Part shown: one piece after another, positions 12,273 through 28,120 of the stretch
Position numbering within the stretch: the stretch's first letter is position 1
How the letters are laid out: each line of letters begins with the position of its first letter
DNA from: Octopus vulgaris
Lineage: Eukaryota
Direction of reading: 5' to 3'
Assembly: GCA_951406725.2 (NCBI GenBank)
Contig: OX597817.1
Coordinates: 118,358,001-118,422,000, forward strand
Length of the DNA stretch: 64,000 nucleotides
Translations under genes and position numbers: made by a program
Notes under the pieces: model-generated
Told to the model about the DNA's origin: nothing
The model's input: the letters and a program-made list of their open reading frames with translations, nothing else
Databases searched by the model: none

Positions 12273-13321
12273 TTGCTGTTGCTGTGGTTGTAGTGATGAT
12301 GGTGGTGGTGGTGGTGGTGTTGGCGGCGGTTTTGGTCTTGCTTGTAGTTGATGCGGTGGACCTGATAGATTTGCTGCTAGTGCTACGTCATGCGAAAAGT
12401 AGGGTCCAGTTTTTCAATCAACTAAATTGCGTCTCCAATTAACATAGTAATCACTAATTATTCAATTCATACTTATTTTATTAACGTAATTCTCCGGTGG
12501 TATGCTGTGACACAAACTGTGACAAGACTTTAGGTTTTTAATTACTGTTTCAACTACATCATTGGCTTCGATAAGATTTCCATGTACCTAATCTCACCCA
12601 CGAGTGAATGGATCAACCCTAGGTCAAGGTATATATTTGCCCAAAATGCTACATTATTGTATCCAGCTCGAAACGGTCACATTTCAACCACTGATCCGCT
12701 CCCATATGCACATAATCCTGTCTACAGAGAACGTAGTAGAACGACTGTTTGAGGAAGAAATAGCTTATATTTTCTTTCACATAGAGAGACACTCTTCTTG
12801 AGAAATATGTGTCCGCTATAATTTTCCATATGCCATTTCCGCTATCAAACCAGAGTTTCATGCCTATGAAAGAAAAAGAAATCGTTATTTCATATTATTC
12901 GATCGGCTGTTGTCTATGTTTTACAATATATGAAAAATGGAAGATTCGGCGTACTGTAGAAATTCCCAGCTGACTGTGATAACAACTAAAGCATATTTTA
13001 ATAATGTAGCTTTGCTCTGTAATAACATACATAATTCAGAATTTCTATCAAGGATCGATATTTTACATACATAATAGCATTGATTCTACCATATTTCCAA
13101 CCAGTTTTGCGAATATATTCAAAATCAATAACAACATTTCATATTACTGACTTTATAATGAAGAGGTCTTACTATTTTTCACGCTTCAATACATATGTAA
13201 ACCATCTTCAAAACTGATGAAAGTTCTTTCATTTTGCTGTCTGTCATTATAAGAGTGAGTGTTTATTTGCTGCTGCGTGAACACTGCTCAGTTAGAATTC
13301 TGTAAAAGTTTTAAATGCATG

Positions 13322-13714
<393 letters not shown>

Positions 13715-13947
13715 CAGCAGAGCATCCCAAAATGCTACGCTATCAGCCAAACACAGAAGTAATTTTTATATGTATATTTATATAGACAGTATCATGCACC
13801 AAATTGGCCAAGTACAAGGGAAAAATGACATGCAAGATTGGTGATATGAAAACCCATCACCTGAAGTATGCAGCAAAAGGAGAAGGTACAAAACCTTTGT
13901 GATGCTCCGACATGACTGGACCGTCATGCCTGAGACAATAAAAGGAA

Positions 13948-14020
<73 letters not shown>

Positions 14021-14024
14021 CATA

Positions 14025-14885
14025 CATGGTGTGGTGAATAAACAGTCGTCTGAATAATGCAAAAACGAAAATTCCTGACAGATAGATTTAGTAGAATTAC
14101 ATGAAAATATCTTCAAATACTAAAGAGTAAATTTATTCAATAAAATTGCCATTGGCTTCACCCACAGCCTCCAGATGACTTCGGAATTTCTAGCAACTCT
14201 TCTGGACGGTCTCTTTACTGAAATTGTGAATGCTGCCATAATCCTTACCTTCAGTACATCTTTGGTGTTACAATCAGTGTTTTGTTTTTGGTCTCTCGCT
14301 AAACTGCGCCCCACACATAATAATCAAGCCGTCTGGGGAGTTAGGTGGCCAGATATCAGGGGTGATGTGGTCGGAGAAATGATCTGACAGCCATGACTGA
14401 GTTCTCTTGCTTGGATGGCATGATGCAGAGTCCTGTTGTCAGACATAGGCTCTTCAAGCTTGACCCAGGGCAGCATTACCTCTTTCAGGCATTTGATGTA
14501 CACCTCCATGTTGAGTCGGAAGCCGCGTGGGAAGATGAATGGATGCATAACGTCATCATCATAGGTGATCACTCCAAACACCAGCATGTTGACTGGATGG
14601 GTGTTTGATTTTTATTATTCTCGGTGCATGCCCTCAGATTGCACTGTCCTCATATTTACACTCAAACACTCTGAAATGATCGTATTGGAACTTTCAGCGC
14701 CAATTCCAAGCAGTACAGCAAATCGTTTCCAAATTTCTGTCAAAGTGAATTGGGTCACGGTGTTATTTTTCTCACAGACGGTTTCTAACTTACCGTACCA
14801 TACTGTGTTGTCGACAAAATCAAAAACAAACAGTGCACATGCACGAAATTAAAAATATGAAACACCCACAATGCACCCATCGCAC

Positions 14886-14889
<4 letters not shown>
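14025..14889 (-). mobile_element. Tc1/mariner DD37D (maT-like) element, internally deleted
   Basis: Minus-strand motifs HPVNMLVFGVIT...HPFIFP and QQDSASCH...IWPPNSPD; degenerate termini CATGGTGTGGTG / CAGGGTGCGATG next to TA/microsatellite. Confidence 0.75.
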
Positions 14890-14937
<48 letters not shown>

Positions 14938-16316
14938 CGTGCGTGTGTGCGTGTGTGTAATTGTCCTCCTAACAATGAATCCCATTGAGGGAATTGGTAT
15001 TATGAAATAGATCTTTCAATTGATGTAGAAGTAATCACTCCACTGGAGAATGGATGTAATGGGCCACCGGAAACTCACTCAGAAACAGACACAGAAGCAT
15101 ACGTATTCATTTCAATCCTCATTTTTTTATTGAAATTAATTCTATAAGAGATTAAGTAGCAAATCAACAACCACATGGTGCGTGGCTGCGAATGCAAGAG
15201 CATACAACGGACAGTTCAATGACTTTTCTAAGCAAACGTATCGAGCAGAACAAAAAGTGTTTCCTTGTTTGGATAATCAACCTTACAAACTTAAGCACAC
15301 TTCTACTACAAACCTGTCTGAATGATACCTGAAGGCAAAAACAGTTTTAATAATACTTGAAATCTACGTACGAATAACAAAGGTCGACACCTAAACGCAA
15401 AAACTAACAAGGCAAAAAATACGCGATAGCAAAACATCATAGATAGCCTCTCTCCCAACCAAACCGCCATACTGATCAAAATTCTATCGAATCTATCATT
15501 TCTATGCTGACGATGAAGAGAAATATACATTCATATTTAAAGAGTTGCGACTTTACGAGCAAATGCTTCGTGTATCGAATGTTCCAGCAAACTCCTTTTT
15601 CACGGGTAATGAACACCTTTAATGAAAAGTTTCTTTATTTAAACACGTTCACTCAGCAGATCATTATATTCAGATTATGAAGAAGGAATTCTGTAATTTG
15701 AGATTTTTCAATTAATGAAACACTTCTCCTTAATATGCACAAGCTGTATATGGAATTAAATGCACTTAACGACTGGATTTTACCTTCCACTCAAGCACTT
15801 CTGTGCTCAAATGGTTATCATATCATCATAACACTTATGTTCCCTTAATGCATGACTCCATTACATCAACATTACTATACACTGCAGAGTTGACCATGTG
15901 ACTTCGATTTGGAGTCTATTATTATCAATAAACATGTTTTTAATATTTCATTTTTTCATACCCTCAATATAAATTGCAATAGAGATTAACTGTGACATTT
16001 TGAGTTCAAATGTGTACTTTTGCAACACAATTACAGTCCTAATCTAATAATCCACAAATCAGGTACAAAGATCATCCTCGCTTAAGCTGGATTGCCATCA
16101 TTAATTCATTTCCATTTATCCCAAATAATTAATAAACTATAAGCTTTCCCCTTAATTAATTTCCAGAATTTCTTTTTTCCATTTTTTTTTTGTCTTTGCA
16201 AAATTAACTTCCTTTAAATTTATCATTTCTGCATTTGTGTGGGTCCCATTTAGGATAATATTGTTTTCTTTTCCAAGTTCACACGCCCCATCCCGGGTCT
16301 GTGCGGTCATTATATT

Positions 16317-16345
16317 GACAATTGTTTCGGTGTTACCAACTTCAG
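16317..16345 (-). ncRNA. Isolated minimal hammerhead-like motif
   Basis: Minus: CTGAAGT-T-GGT-AAC-ACC-GAAAC-AATT-GTC (stem II, palindromic loop 3, GUC); one core mismatch and no stem I. Confidence 0.4.
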
Positions 16346-16831
16346 CTCGGCTCATTTAAGCTTTGACCTTGTTTCCTTGGAATGTACCGCTGCAGGAAAG
16401 AGTTACCACTATTGTTTTCGTTACTGCGTGTAGCAGCTATTCCCTTATTCATAGTAAAATAACTGCACTCAAAATAATGGATTCGGTTACGCATCAAATA
16501 TGTTGTTTCAAACATTATTTCGAGTGTATTGATTTTACTCACGTGAATACAAATAGATTTTTATATGTGTCTGTGTGTATGTGTGTCTATATGTGCAAGC
16601 ATATATTTTAGTGTGCGCGCATGTTTGTATGTTAAGACGTACAGACATTAACACATTTACACGCACTTATAGACACACATGTGCACGTATCAGTATATAT
16701 ATATATATATGTGTGTGTGTGTATGTGTGTGTGTGTGTGTGTGGTGTGTGCCTGCGCACATACCACCTACGCACGCACACATACACGCATACATAAACAC
16801 ACACACATATATCTGTGTGTTTGTATATTTG

Positions 16832-16871
<40 letters not shown>

Positions 16872-19679
16872 TGTATATGTACATATATATACACATTTAG
16901 ACATGTGTGTACGTGCGCACGCATATTTGATATCATTAGTGCTTTGCGTCTCTCATCATGTGACAAGTTCACGATTCAACTCCCGCGACAGGATTACTTC
17001 TCTGATTTTTCTCTCGGGCCACACTTACAAATGTCTTATCCGCTTTTATTAACGCGAGAAGGTTGATTTCCATAATTTGAATCACTCTTTTCCGTTGTTG
17101 TATTTTATGTCCTTTATATGTGCAAACCTCTCTTCAATTAAAATTCCTGTTTGAGGTACAAAGAAATCTGACTTTAAACAGATTTCGGTAACATGACAAA
17201 TTTCTAAACCTTATCAAATCCTTTCAACCGAAGCTGTTTGTTCTGTCCCTAGTTAATCCAATGTCATCGGGCATGGTATTGACGTCAATAAACCGATTCA
17301 TATAAGCATTTCTATTTGCGTAAATACTTTATCATTCAAAATTCAAACAAACTTAGAAATTCATAAACAAACTTTTATCTTTCTATAATGTAATATCTTC
17401 AAAGATTTTGGTTTCATTAATCAATATATATTTGTATGTTTTCTGAAATATATCCGAAAGTTTATTATTGAAGATGTTCAAAGGACTATTCATGAGTGAC
17501 AGTTAACTCTCGTAATTCTATTCTTTCATGATTTGCTTCATTCAAGAGAATTAAAGGCATTGAAAATCGGTATATTCCTATGACGAAAATTAATAGCTGT
17601 GTTTGATAATTTATGTAAGAAAATATAGGATTACCTGTAGAATTTGAATCCGTTATATGAAATGGATTTGCTTATCTCAATTCTATTTGAAATTGTTTAG
17701 AGAAATAGACACGCTGAGGTGGTAGTTTTCTCTATACCAAGGAATGATCCATCTAGTCATTGTTTTTATGCTTTAGTAGATGTTTAGCTCCAGCACAGAC
17801 TAGATTAAACAAACCGAGGATCAAAGGCAATGTTAAAAGTATAACCACCCCCTCCTTTATTGGGCAGTATTGTATCGTGTGTAGAGGTAGGAAGGTTTTA
17901 TTTTATTTCTATCGTGTCGGGCGATCGCGTGGAAGCAACAATTGGCTTCCTTATTGAATGTAGGAATGAGTTAAGTTCTCTTTAATCCAATCAATCAACA
18001 GCATATTCTATTTATACAACGACACACTCTTGGTAAAATAATATATGGACGTCATATTATCGTAATTACATTCTAAATGCAGGATATCGCCACCAGATGT
18101 ATATAAGTATTCAAACTGTGTTGGTACAACAAAGTACAAGTACACACGTCTCGTACCAAACATTGACGAACAAACAGTAGGATTTTGTTTATTTGCATGG
18201 GTTTTGATTATTTGCCTTTTATTCTTTAGCACTAAATTCTTATACATATAAACCACACCTCCATAAACTTATATATCATTTTATGCCCTTGGTAGCTCCC
18301 ACCCCTTAATTGCTCAAACAATCAATTTTATAAGATTCCCCTATAATAAAGTTGATGATTAAAAGATTTTCTATTCCATTACTCTGGAATACAGATATTC
18401 ACCCGAATTTGTTTGATAAGGTTTAACAAACTTAAACTTTTATGTGACAAACAGGTTGTTTTCATATCCTTGCCTTCGTATCTTCCATTCTTTTGACCAA
18501 TGAAATACATTATTGTATTTATGACGACAATAGACGTTCACATTTTTCTTATGTTTATTGTTTTCGAATGTTATTCTCTATTTTTGATAAAATTCATTCA
18601 TTCCAACACAGAATCAAGTATTAATACAATACACTTTCACATACTTCAAAATATTTCAGATTACAACATCAATCCATCAATGACACATTTATATCTATCT
18701 ACCCTATTAATATGTATCTATACGAGACAGACGTTTAAAAATTATAAATCATATTTAAATCCGTCTGCGTACATATATCCTCAAACTGCTATCTAAACAC
18801 GCCGATCATGATTATCAATCCTAGAATAGCACGAAAAGTTGTCTGGTAGAAATAAAAGTATTCATGTGTCTCCAAATTCTATTTTATAGTTATAACTCAT
18901 ATGAAAACACTATCCATCTTACTCAAATTTACTAGATTTTCAGAGTCTTGCTAGTTATCTATTTCAGGCAATCATTGAGACACGAGCATATCACAAAACA
19001 AACCCCTGAATAAGTAAGTAGTACTCACACCTACTGCATACGTGACGATTTTTCTCACATAATCATGGTTTTCGGGGATCTGCATGGCTCTGTTCCACCT
19101 GTTCTACCTTTCTATAGGGGTCTTCTTTGCAAGTGAGGTGATAGTAAGTCTAAATCTTCTTGGCCTACTGGGACAGAAGTAGAAAATATTGTGTTTGCTT
19201 AGGTACACTTTGTCACATGGAAGTCTAAGGGCTCATTAATTTGTAGAACATACACATTTGAAAGAATGCCCTGTTCTGATAGTGTGTGTAGAGTAAGCCC
19301 AAAGATAAACTGCAACTCTAGTGAATGCCGTCTATAGTGAACACTGATGGAAGCTCAAGGAGGAGGAAAGCTCGTCATTGCTATACCAATATGCTAACCA
19401 AGAACGTAAGGGATCAGTAAAGAACACAGATGTTAGGAAGTTATCGACACTTTCAACAGGCAGGCATAACGCTCAGACAGATTGAGGAAGACACACAAAT
19501 AATAGGAAATAGACCAAACCTCAACTGAAAACGTGGATGGAGTAATAGCACGCACCTCACTCCACGACACTCCACAACCTGACGGAATAGAAAAATAAAT
19601 AAATAAATAAATAATAAATAAATAGAAAATACATGTAAAAATAGTTGTAATATACAAACCTGGATACAAGCACACAAGA

Positions 19680-20060
19680 TACATGGAAGCACTCCGTCGG
19701 TTACGACAATGAGGGTTCCGGTTGATCCGACACACGGAACAGCCTGCTCGTGAAATTAACGTGTAAGTGGCTGAGCACTCCACAGACACGTGTACCCTTA
19801 ACGTAGTTCTCGGGGATATTCAGCGTGACACAGAGAGTGACAAGGCCGGTCCTTTGAAATACAGGTACAACAGAAACAGGAAGAAAGAGTGAAAGAAAGT
19901 TGTGGCGAAAGAGTACAGCAGGGATCACCACCATCCCCTGCCGGAGCCTCGTGGAGCTTCAGGTGTTTTCGCTCAATAAACACTCACAACGCCTGGTCTG
20001 GGAATCGAAACCGCGATCCTACGACCGCGAGTCCGCTGCCCTAACCACTGGGCCATTGCA
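19680..20060 (-). mobile_element. SINE family 2, tail type b
   Basis: Head CAATGGCCCAGTGGTTAGGGCAGCGGACTCGCGG...GTTTCGATTCC; tail ...GTCGTAACCGACGGAGTGCTTCC. Confidence 0.9.
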
Positions 20061-20384
20061 AAATGGAATAGACAGAATAAGACTAAGGAAAAGAGGAAAA
20101 AAACAATCAACAGAAAGTCACTGAAGAGGTTACAGAATGTGGGACAAAAGAATCACATAAAACAAATCGTAGCACATAAGAACATGTGTAGTGTTCATTG
20201 AATAATATTTATCTCTCACCAGATGGAATACTTCTTTAGTTGATCTTACCCCATCGCAGAACAGTATACTATATATATATGTGTGTGTGTGTGTGTATGT
20301 GTCTGCGCGCGCGCGTGTGTGTGTGACACACATATTTCAACTAACCTAAATTGTGCACACACACGCACACACACAAACATACAC

Positions 20385-20438
<54 letters not shown>

Positions 20439-20477
20439 GTATGTACGTACGTATGTGTGTGTACAAAGTTCCTTCCA

Positions 20478-20697
20478 AAGCCATATAGCTTCGTAGGGCC
20501 GGATTCCTGGTTTCCATGGAGTATATATTCCCAACCTGTCAGAAGGCCGGTCCATTGCACGATTGCTCCTTTTTGCTAGGTAAGTGAAACAACGTGAAAT
20601 GAAGTGTTTTGTTCAATAACGCAGCGCGTCACTCGGTCCAGGTTTCAAAACCACGATCTTGCATACTGAGCCCAGCACCCTAACCACTAAGCCATGC
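20478..20697 (-). mobile_element. tRNA-headed SINE, different body, tail type c
   Basis: Minus head GCATGGCTTAGTGGTTAGGG...GGTTTTGAAACC; tail similar to 50340-50430. Confidence 0.6.
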
Positions 20698-20789
20698 TCT
20701 CTCTCTCTTTCTTTCTCTATCTCTCTCTCTCTCTCTCTGTATACACACACACAAACACACACGCACACATAAACACACACACACACATG

Positions 20790-20839
<50 letters not shown>

Positions 20840-21948
20840 CAGAATGTCCCAGGAAGTTTTAACTATTGATATTTCTTAATTATTCAAAATAAACTTAAGG
20901 TATGATAATGAAATTTGGCACACACGTTCTAACGTAAATTGTGAATCCATTGAAGCAATTACATTTCAAAATGCCCGCCATTCGCCTGGGTCGTAGATTG
21001 CAAACGGGTAGTCACTGAGTTGCATTAGCGCCGTACCATCTCTTCATTCAACCTGACCCACGAAGACAGAAAGACTTTCTTCAGGTCTGACACATTTGAA
21101 TACGACCAAGCAGAAATATTACTCTCTAAGATACACCAGATAGTACAGTCTATGGAAATGATGTCTGGATTTCAGGAAAGCGATATTTCATTGTCCCAAA
21201 AATCGCTGAAATGCTTTTTGGACTACTTGTGTCAAATTTTATGTGTGGGCTGGAGCACCGTCTTGAGTGAAGATGTAATGGTCACCAAAGGTTTCAGCTA
21301 ACTTTTCCACATAAACTTCACTCTTGACTTTGACGCCAGCATCGATGAAGATCAAGGGAGACTTGAACCCATCAGATGCAACTGCTGCCCACGCCACGTA
21401 AATGACTCCCGCTACATTCGAGCAAGTCTCCTGCATTACGTGCATAAAGCCTGTTTGTAACTACCTCCACGGCGAAGATCGCATCTAACATGGTCTTATT
21501 CCTGTCGAACCATTTACTTTTTGGAAGCTGCTGAAATTAATTGCCGGGATTGTTTCTTGTATGAGGTTAACTTTAAATCCTCTTTAAAACCCCTGTGCAT
21601 TGACGATTTCCAAATATCAAGAGCTTTTGCAGTTTTTCTTGCACTTCTGTTGGAATTTCGATTCACTCGCTTTTTCACAGCTCCAACAGTTTCTTTGGTA
21701 CGAATTAACCGTTTCCTACCAGGAATTGGCTCGCTAGAGATAGTAGAACACTCCATATATCGTTTCCACATCCTGAACACGGTTTTACGGCACACATTCT
21801 ACTCTTTTGTTATATCCTTGTTGCTCACCCCATGCTTTGGACGACATGTTTGTTTACAAGCCTGGTATATGTGAATGAAGCAATAGGCACATCAACAAAA
21901 GACATATGCAAAGTCTTGAACATAGGTAAATCTTCCTGGAACACCTTG
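20840..21948 (-). mobile_element. Tc1/mariner DD37D (maT-like) element, pseudogenised
   Basis: TIRs TA|CAGAATGTCCCAGGAAGTTTTAACTAT and TA|CAAGGTGTTCCAGGAAGATTTACCTAT; ORF pieces with HTH region (VKKRVNRNSNRSARKTAKAL), WAAVASDGFKSPLIFI and FTQDGAPAHT. Confidence 0.9.
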
Positions 21949-23189
21949 TATATATCAGCACTTTATTTAATAAGCCTCCTAAATTGAATGACATGCATAT
22001 CAACGTTTGAGTATAATTATTTCGAGAGTAACTGTTGAAACCATTTTGTTACATGCTGATCAATATAGCAATATGCCAAGATATCAATGCATTATTTGAA
22101 ACGAAACATTTTCTAGCGTTGAAATAGTAATTCAATTTTCTAGTCCAATATATTTAAGGTAGAAGTATTCAACGGTTGGGATTAAACAATATTGTTGACT
22201 AGAATGAGGCCAGCAGCGAGCTATATTCAGCAAATTTCTATCACTGGTTCCTAGAAAAAAGCCATATTTAATTTTGATTAAAGATTTCTATTAATCATGT
22301 TATCTGATTTCAGATCTCCGTATTTACCTCACTTACGCTAACATTCATGCTGGAAATAGAAACTAACGTCAGAAGGTAGCAAGAGAATAACTGTAATGAA
22401 GTAGGATATATAGGTACTATGTAATTTCCTCGTCGAGCTATAGACATCAAATTTTTGCGTAGGAAATTCCTCAGTTTACTTGCTGTCTTTTCGAAAGTAA
22501 TGTTCTTAAAATCAATATCATTTTATTCATTTTTTACAGTTACACGAACTAGAATCCCACAAACACATCGCCATTACTCTGTAAAAGGCTGACATTGCTT
22601 ATTCTATTGCCGTATCAGCCCTTAGGCTACACTTTCATTACATTCAATTCGTATAGCTTTCCGCTCAATTATTAAAAATTCTTGTAGTAGAAACAGTTGG
22701 TATCTTTAAAAGGAGTTGGTCTTTCGGTGTTTTATGAATTAAATGTCTCCGTTGTATCTGCTTTGCATGACCAACGTCTACTGTTAATGTCAGATTCAAT
22801 TACAGAATCAAAATAAAAGATCTCCCTGGGTGGATGTTAACAAGTAATCAGTTTCGAATGAGTATCACACATTTTCTAACCATAATCAAAAGTCTCCTCT
22901 CGTCTTATATACAGTTAAGAACATACAGATAGACCTAAAAAGAAGTGGTAGCAAAGTAATTGCATCCACATACAATTTACCACTTTCTAAATAATACCAG
23001 ACAAATTATATTAACGGCTAATTGATGAACAGTAACATATTTACAGATATTAATATTGCGATTATTCTACACTGTGAAAGTACAGTTGACACGAACATTC
23101 AGACTCGTATATATAATTTCTCTATAAATACAGTTGTAGTTGATATCAGTGTGAGATGAGGAAAATAGGTGCATAAAAATGTGATCGAT

Positions 23190-23235
23190 TGATAGATAGA
23201 TATAAAGACATACAGACAGACAGACAGATAGATAC

Positions 23236-23298
<63 letters not shown>

Positions 23299-23370
23299 GA
23301 TAAATAGATAGATATATAGAAAGATAGAGAGAGATGGATATATAGATAAATAGATAGAGAGAGAGAGATG

Positions 23371-23425
<55 letters not shown>

Positions 23426-23429
23426 GGAC

Positions 23430-23462
<33 letters not shown>

Positions 23463-23467
23463 GAGAG

Positions 23468-23498
<31 letters not shown>

Positions 23499-23506
23499 GA
23501 GAGATG

Positions 23507-23577
<71 letters not shown>
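23190..23577. repeat. (GATA)n microsatellite
   Basis: Direct reading. Confidence 0.95.
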
Positions 23578-23578
<1 letters not shown>

Positions 23579-24339
23579 TGTGGAATGTACTATTTCCATT
23601 TGAAAAGAATACAGACTATGCTATAAAACTCTAATTTGTAAAGTAAAATGTATTTGACACGTATGAAGAGGTATAAATATGTAATCCATTTTTAATCTAC
23701 TTCATATCTGAGTTACACACGACTAACACTTACCACTCCCTGGATTACCACTCAATCATGAATATTCCAAAATTCCCATCATTCATTTTAGAATCACCTT
23801 TAATGTTTGAATCTCTTGTCAATATATTGCACTAAAATGGCATCTGGTGCTGTAGCTCAATCTTTTCAAAGGCTTCTTCTGAAACTGTAATGACACATCT
23901 GGTAATAAGAACTCATTTTCAAAAGGCATGTGGGAAAATTCATTTTTAATACTCAAGAATTATATGTTGAAGCCATAAGCACCAGGAATAAGTTATTACG
24001 TTTACGCAAATATTAACGTTGTCAAACGTTGGATGATCTACGAAGGTTTAGTTCCACCTTAATTCTGAATACTAAATTATGTAATTCTATACGCGAACGA
24101 GACAAACAGGCATACAATGACTCACGTATATACAGAGACATTGAGAGGAGAACAATACGCAAACGGAAACACGAACACAGTATATGCGTATGCATGTATG
24201 TATGTATGTATATATATATATATACACCTGCTTAATTGCTAGTCCATTACTGACCATATTTACTACGATAACCTTTTCATACCGTATACACCGCATGACG
24301 TTTATGTTTATGTCACTGTTTTAAATAAGTATGAAAACT

Positions 24340-24900
24340 CTTAACTATGAGACAGTCTTTTACGTTTCGAGCCTAAGCTCTCCAGCAGAAAGGAATAAGA
24401 GAAAATAAACAGAGAGAGGAAAAAAATGTTGTGGATTTAGCGATCAAGCATGCCGGCTTGATGGAAATGTTGACTTCCTAGTGGGGTGGTGGTGCGGGGG
24501 TGGGGTAAGGTATCAATGAGGAGAGAAGGTCGGTAGGAGTGAAGAGAGGAAGTAGCTGTCAGATGAAGAGAGGAGAGGAGGGGAGTGAGCCGAGTCGAGC
24601 TCATGTGGCGCAAAGGAGAAAATAGAGAAGATCAATACTTGTTCACGGTGAAGGCGGAAGTCCGGATAGCCCCTATGCAATGACAATCCGAACGCAGATA
24701 GGTGTTGTAGTGAATGACCGGTAGAGCGAAAATCGTGCCAGATGTGAGTGTCATTGCCGAGTCTAATATCTCGGAGGTGCTTCGCGAACCAGTCAGCTAA
24801 GCGGCGTCCCGTTTGACCGATGTACAGAGAATAGGTGAAAGGCCAACATTGGTCACCAACAGAAATAAACTCAGACAGCAGAAAACGGGAACCAGTTATG
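24340..24900 (-). mobile_element. Penelope-like element 3' fragment (second family) with pLTR
   Basis: Minus reads SLYIGQTGRRLADWFAKHLRDIR...GHSLQHL...REQVLIF (GIY-YIG C-terminal half); CTGGAGAGCTTAGGCTCGAAACGT at ~24384-24361. Confidence 0.85.
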
Positions 24901-25109
24901 CATAGTATTCTGATCTATCCTCTGACGATTCACCCAATCTTCTTCGTGGAGATGAAATAAAGTACAGTGAATATATTTGAAATTCATTGTATATATGAAT
25001 ATAACAATCATTTGTTTAGGTATTTATGTATCAGGGGCGTCGGAATTGTTTTTGTTATAAAAAAGACTATAACAAATACAGCTGTATACTGTATTCGTCG
25101 CACTTACAT

Positions 25110-25208
<99 letters not shown>

Positions 25209-26334
25209 CAATAAGGAAATAATATATTAGGGAAAGAAAGTATTCTATCAATATATCAAAAAGAATTTCTTTATTAAGTATATAGCATTTATGAATTAGA
25301 GTTGTAAATATTTCAAACTTTGTCATAATATAAAAAGTAAACCCACAACGTTCAGTTTGTAAAGCGTACACGATGTGTGTCATGTAGATTATTAGTAACG
25401 TTATTTCGAGGAGCGAATGATTATCAAGCTCTATAAATATCAGCAATACCCATGGACATTTTAGGAGAAGGATTATCATCATTTAACGATCTCCGAACAT
25501 AGATTATAGTTTATCTATAAATATATGTTGGTAGAAAGTTCAATTCATTGTTTGATTACATTTGATAAGCAGTACTACGCAATTAGAAGTCTTCCGTCGA
25601 TGAATAGTTTTCTGTGTTCCACACTTTGGTGAAATTGGTATTGATTTACTGTTGTCAAGAGACATACCAGTTTACATACACACTATATATATATATATGG
25701 GTATGTGTATGTTTGCGTGTGTGTGTCTGTGTCTATGTATACATGTGCGTAAATATATTTGTATGCATATGTGTAAGCACGTATATATGCGCGTGCGCGT
25801 GCGTGGTGTATACATGTCTGCTTTTTGTTTACTAGGAAAGTACAAGTATTGAGATCTAATTCAATAACTTTCAGATTAGAACTTAGTTTTCTAAATATCA
25901 TATATGTTTGTAGCTAACAATATTGGCTTTTATTGTTTTTAGGTTGTACCTGCTGCAAAATAACCAATGTAACTTCAGAGAAGGCTAGAAATTCTTCAGA
26001 GATTGCTTACAATCAAGATTTACAAAATGTGTTGCGATAAAAAATCTACGGAAGCAACATTTTGTATTTGTCGTATTTGAAATCTTACTCGAAGTCATAC
26101 TCCTGTAACGGACATTTTGTTCTAATTCAAACAGATTTTCTCTACATTATGACACTTTTGAGAACATATATACGTGAAAATAAATAATACTAAGGCCTAC
26201 TGACCTCAAACTAAGACCAATGGATGCTGGACCTTAAACACATACACAACAACTAAGTCATTTTTAGATATATTCCTAAAACTTTTCTGCCCTTTAAAAC
26301 TCCTCTAATATTTCCCTCTATTTAAACATCACAC

Positions 26335-26390
26335 ATCGCTTCTGATGAAGAGATATTTCTGGTATGCCAGAAACAGCTGCAAGACTAACT
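26335..26390 (+). ncRNA. Minimal hammerhead-like motif (PLE pLTR type)
   Basis: CTGATGA(26342)-AGAGATATTTCTGGTATGCCA-GAAAC-AGCT-GCA; palindromic loop 3; cleavage triplet appears mutated GUA to GCA. Confidence 0.55.
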
Positions 26391-26589
26391 TTATCAAATG
26401 TTCTGAAAATTTCACACAATCTTGGCTCTGTAGTCTCATTTCATTGAACATATACAAGCTCATACAAGATCCCCATTAGACTCCTCACTCGTATCAGTAT
26501 CGAACCGAGAGTTTAACTACGGTCCTTCCACAGCACTTACGTAGCGTTACCTGCTACTTTTGGTATTCTGGATGGCAATATCTCTCTCA

Positions 26590-26979
<390 letters not shown>

Positions 26980-27829
26980 TCGTGTAATAAATTTATGACG
27001 TGCATATCAATGCTCCAGTAACGTTTTCTATAGGGAACGAACAGTATTTCTTTTTAATTACAGCAATTGAATCCGTGCATTAGCATATGCTGTTATTTTC
27101 TGAGTGTTTCACAATTATACATATTTTTAAATAGATATATATGATTTCGCAATTGCTGTGTACTCACATGTATTCAAATGAATGTCATTAAGAGCACTGC
27201 TCTCAAAGTTCTATACTCCCTCATTACTATAGAGTTTCCCATTGTTTCATAACCATATTCTATTTCCATTGTTCCCTTGATGAAACACAAATAGTAGATT
27301 TAAACAGACACAAGTCGTAAAGAATACCAAATAAATTAATGGAAATATAAATCAAAAATATAAGTTATAAAAAAGAGCGAAATTAATCACAGGATATACA
27401 TTATCAAAAGTATAAGACATAAATTAATAAAACTTCATATTCAGTCTTTTCTGTAGCATAAAATGTCTCAGTGTTTATAAAGATAGAGGAACTCTCTAAG
27501 ATACTAATGTTATCAAAATATAATGTAGAACAATTCCTCAGATCTTTTGTCTGTAAGACTTATTCTTCAAACGACACGCGAACAACTTTTCCAGCGGGAT
27601 ATCAACTTGTCTACCTGTCTACTCCTAAAATTAAATTTATGTTCTTGTTTCCCATCATAGTTGTTTTATCAGTAAATGACAGATACTGTTACACTGGAAG
27701 AATTTATTTGCCCGCACCATTAAACAGTCCCACATGTTCATTCACTGGGCGATACATAGAAACGTATAAATCTAGATAGCAAGCTAGCTACTTAGACAGA
27801 TAGGTAGATAGATAGATATATATATAGAC

Positions 27830-27882
<53 letters not shown>

Positions 27883-27896
27883 CATACATACATACA

Positions 27897-27929
<33 letters not shown>

Positions 27930-28086
27930 TGTTACCGATATACATACATTTGTACATCTACGTACAACATTTTTTGGACACATACATACATTCATGCATA
28001 TATACATACAAACATACATATATACATACATACATACATACATACATACATACATACATACATACATACATACATACATACATACA

Positions 28087-28117
<31 letters not shown>

Positions 28118-28120
28118 GTA

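Noticed and set aside
12480-12870. Possible transposase or SINE remnant
   Set aside because: Only a short GTGACACA..TGTGACAAG resemblance and no diagnostic protein motif.
16152-16542. Protein-like minus-strand ORFs or a coding exon
   Set aside because: All three frames after the acceptor-like site stop within about 50 nt, and there is no recognisable domain.
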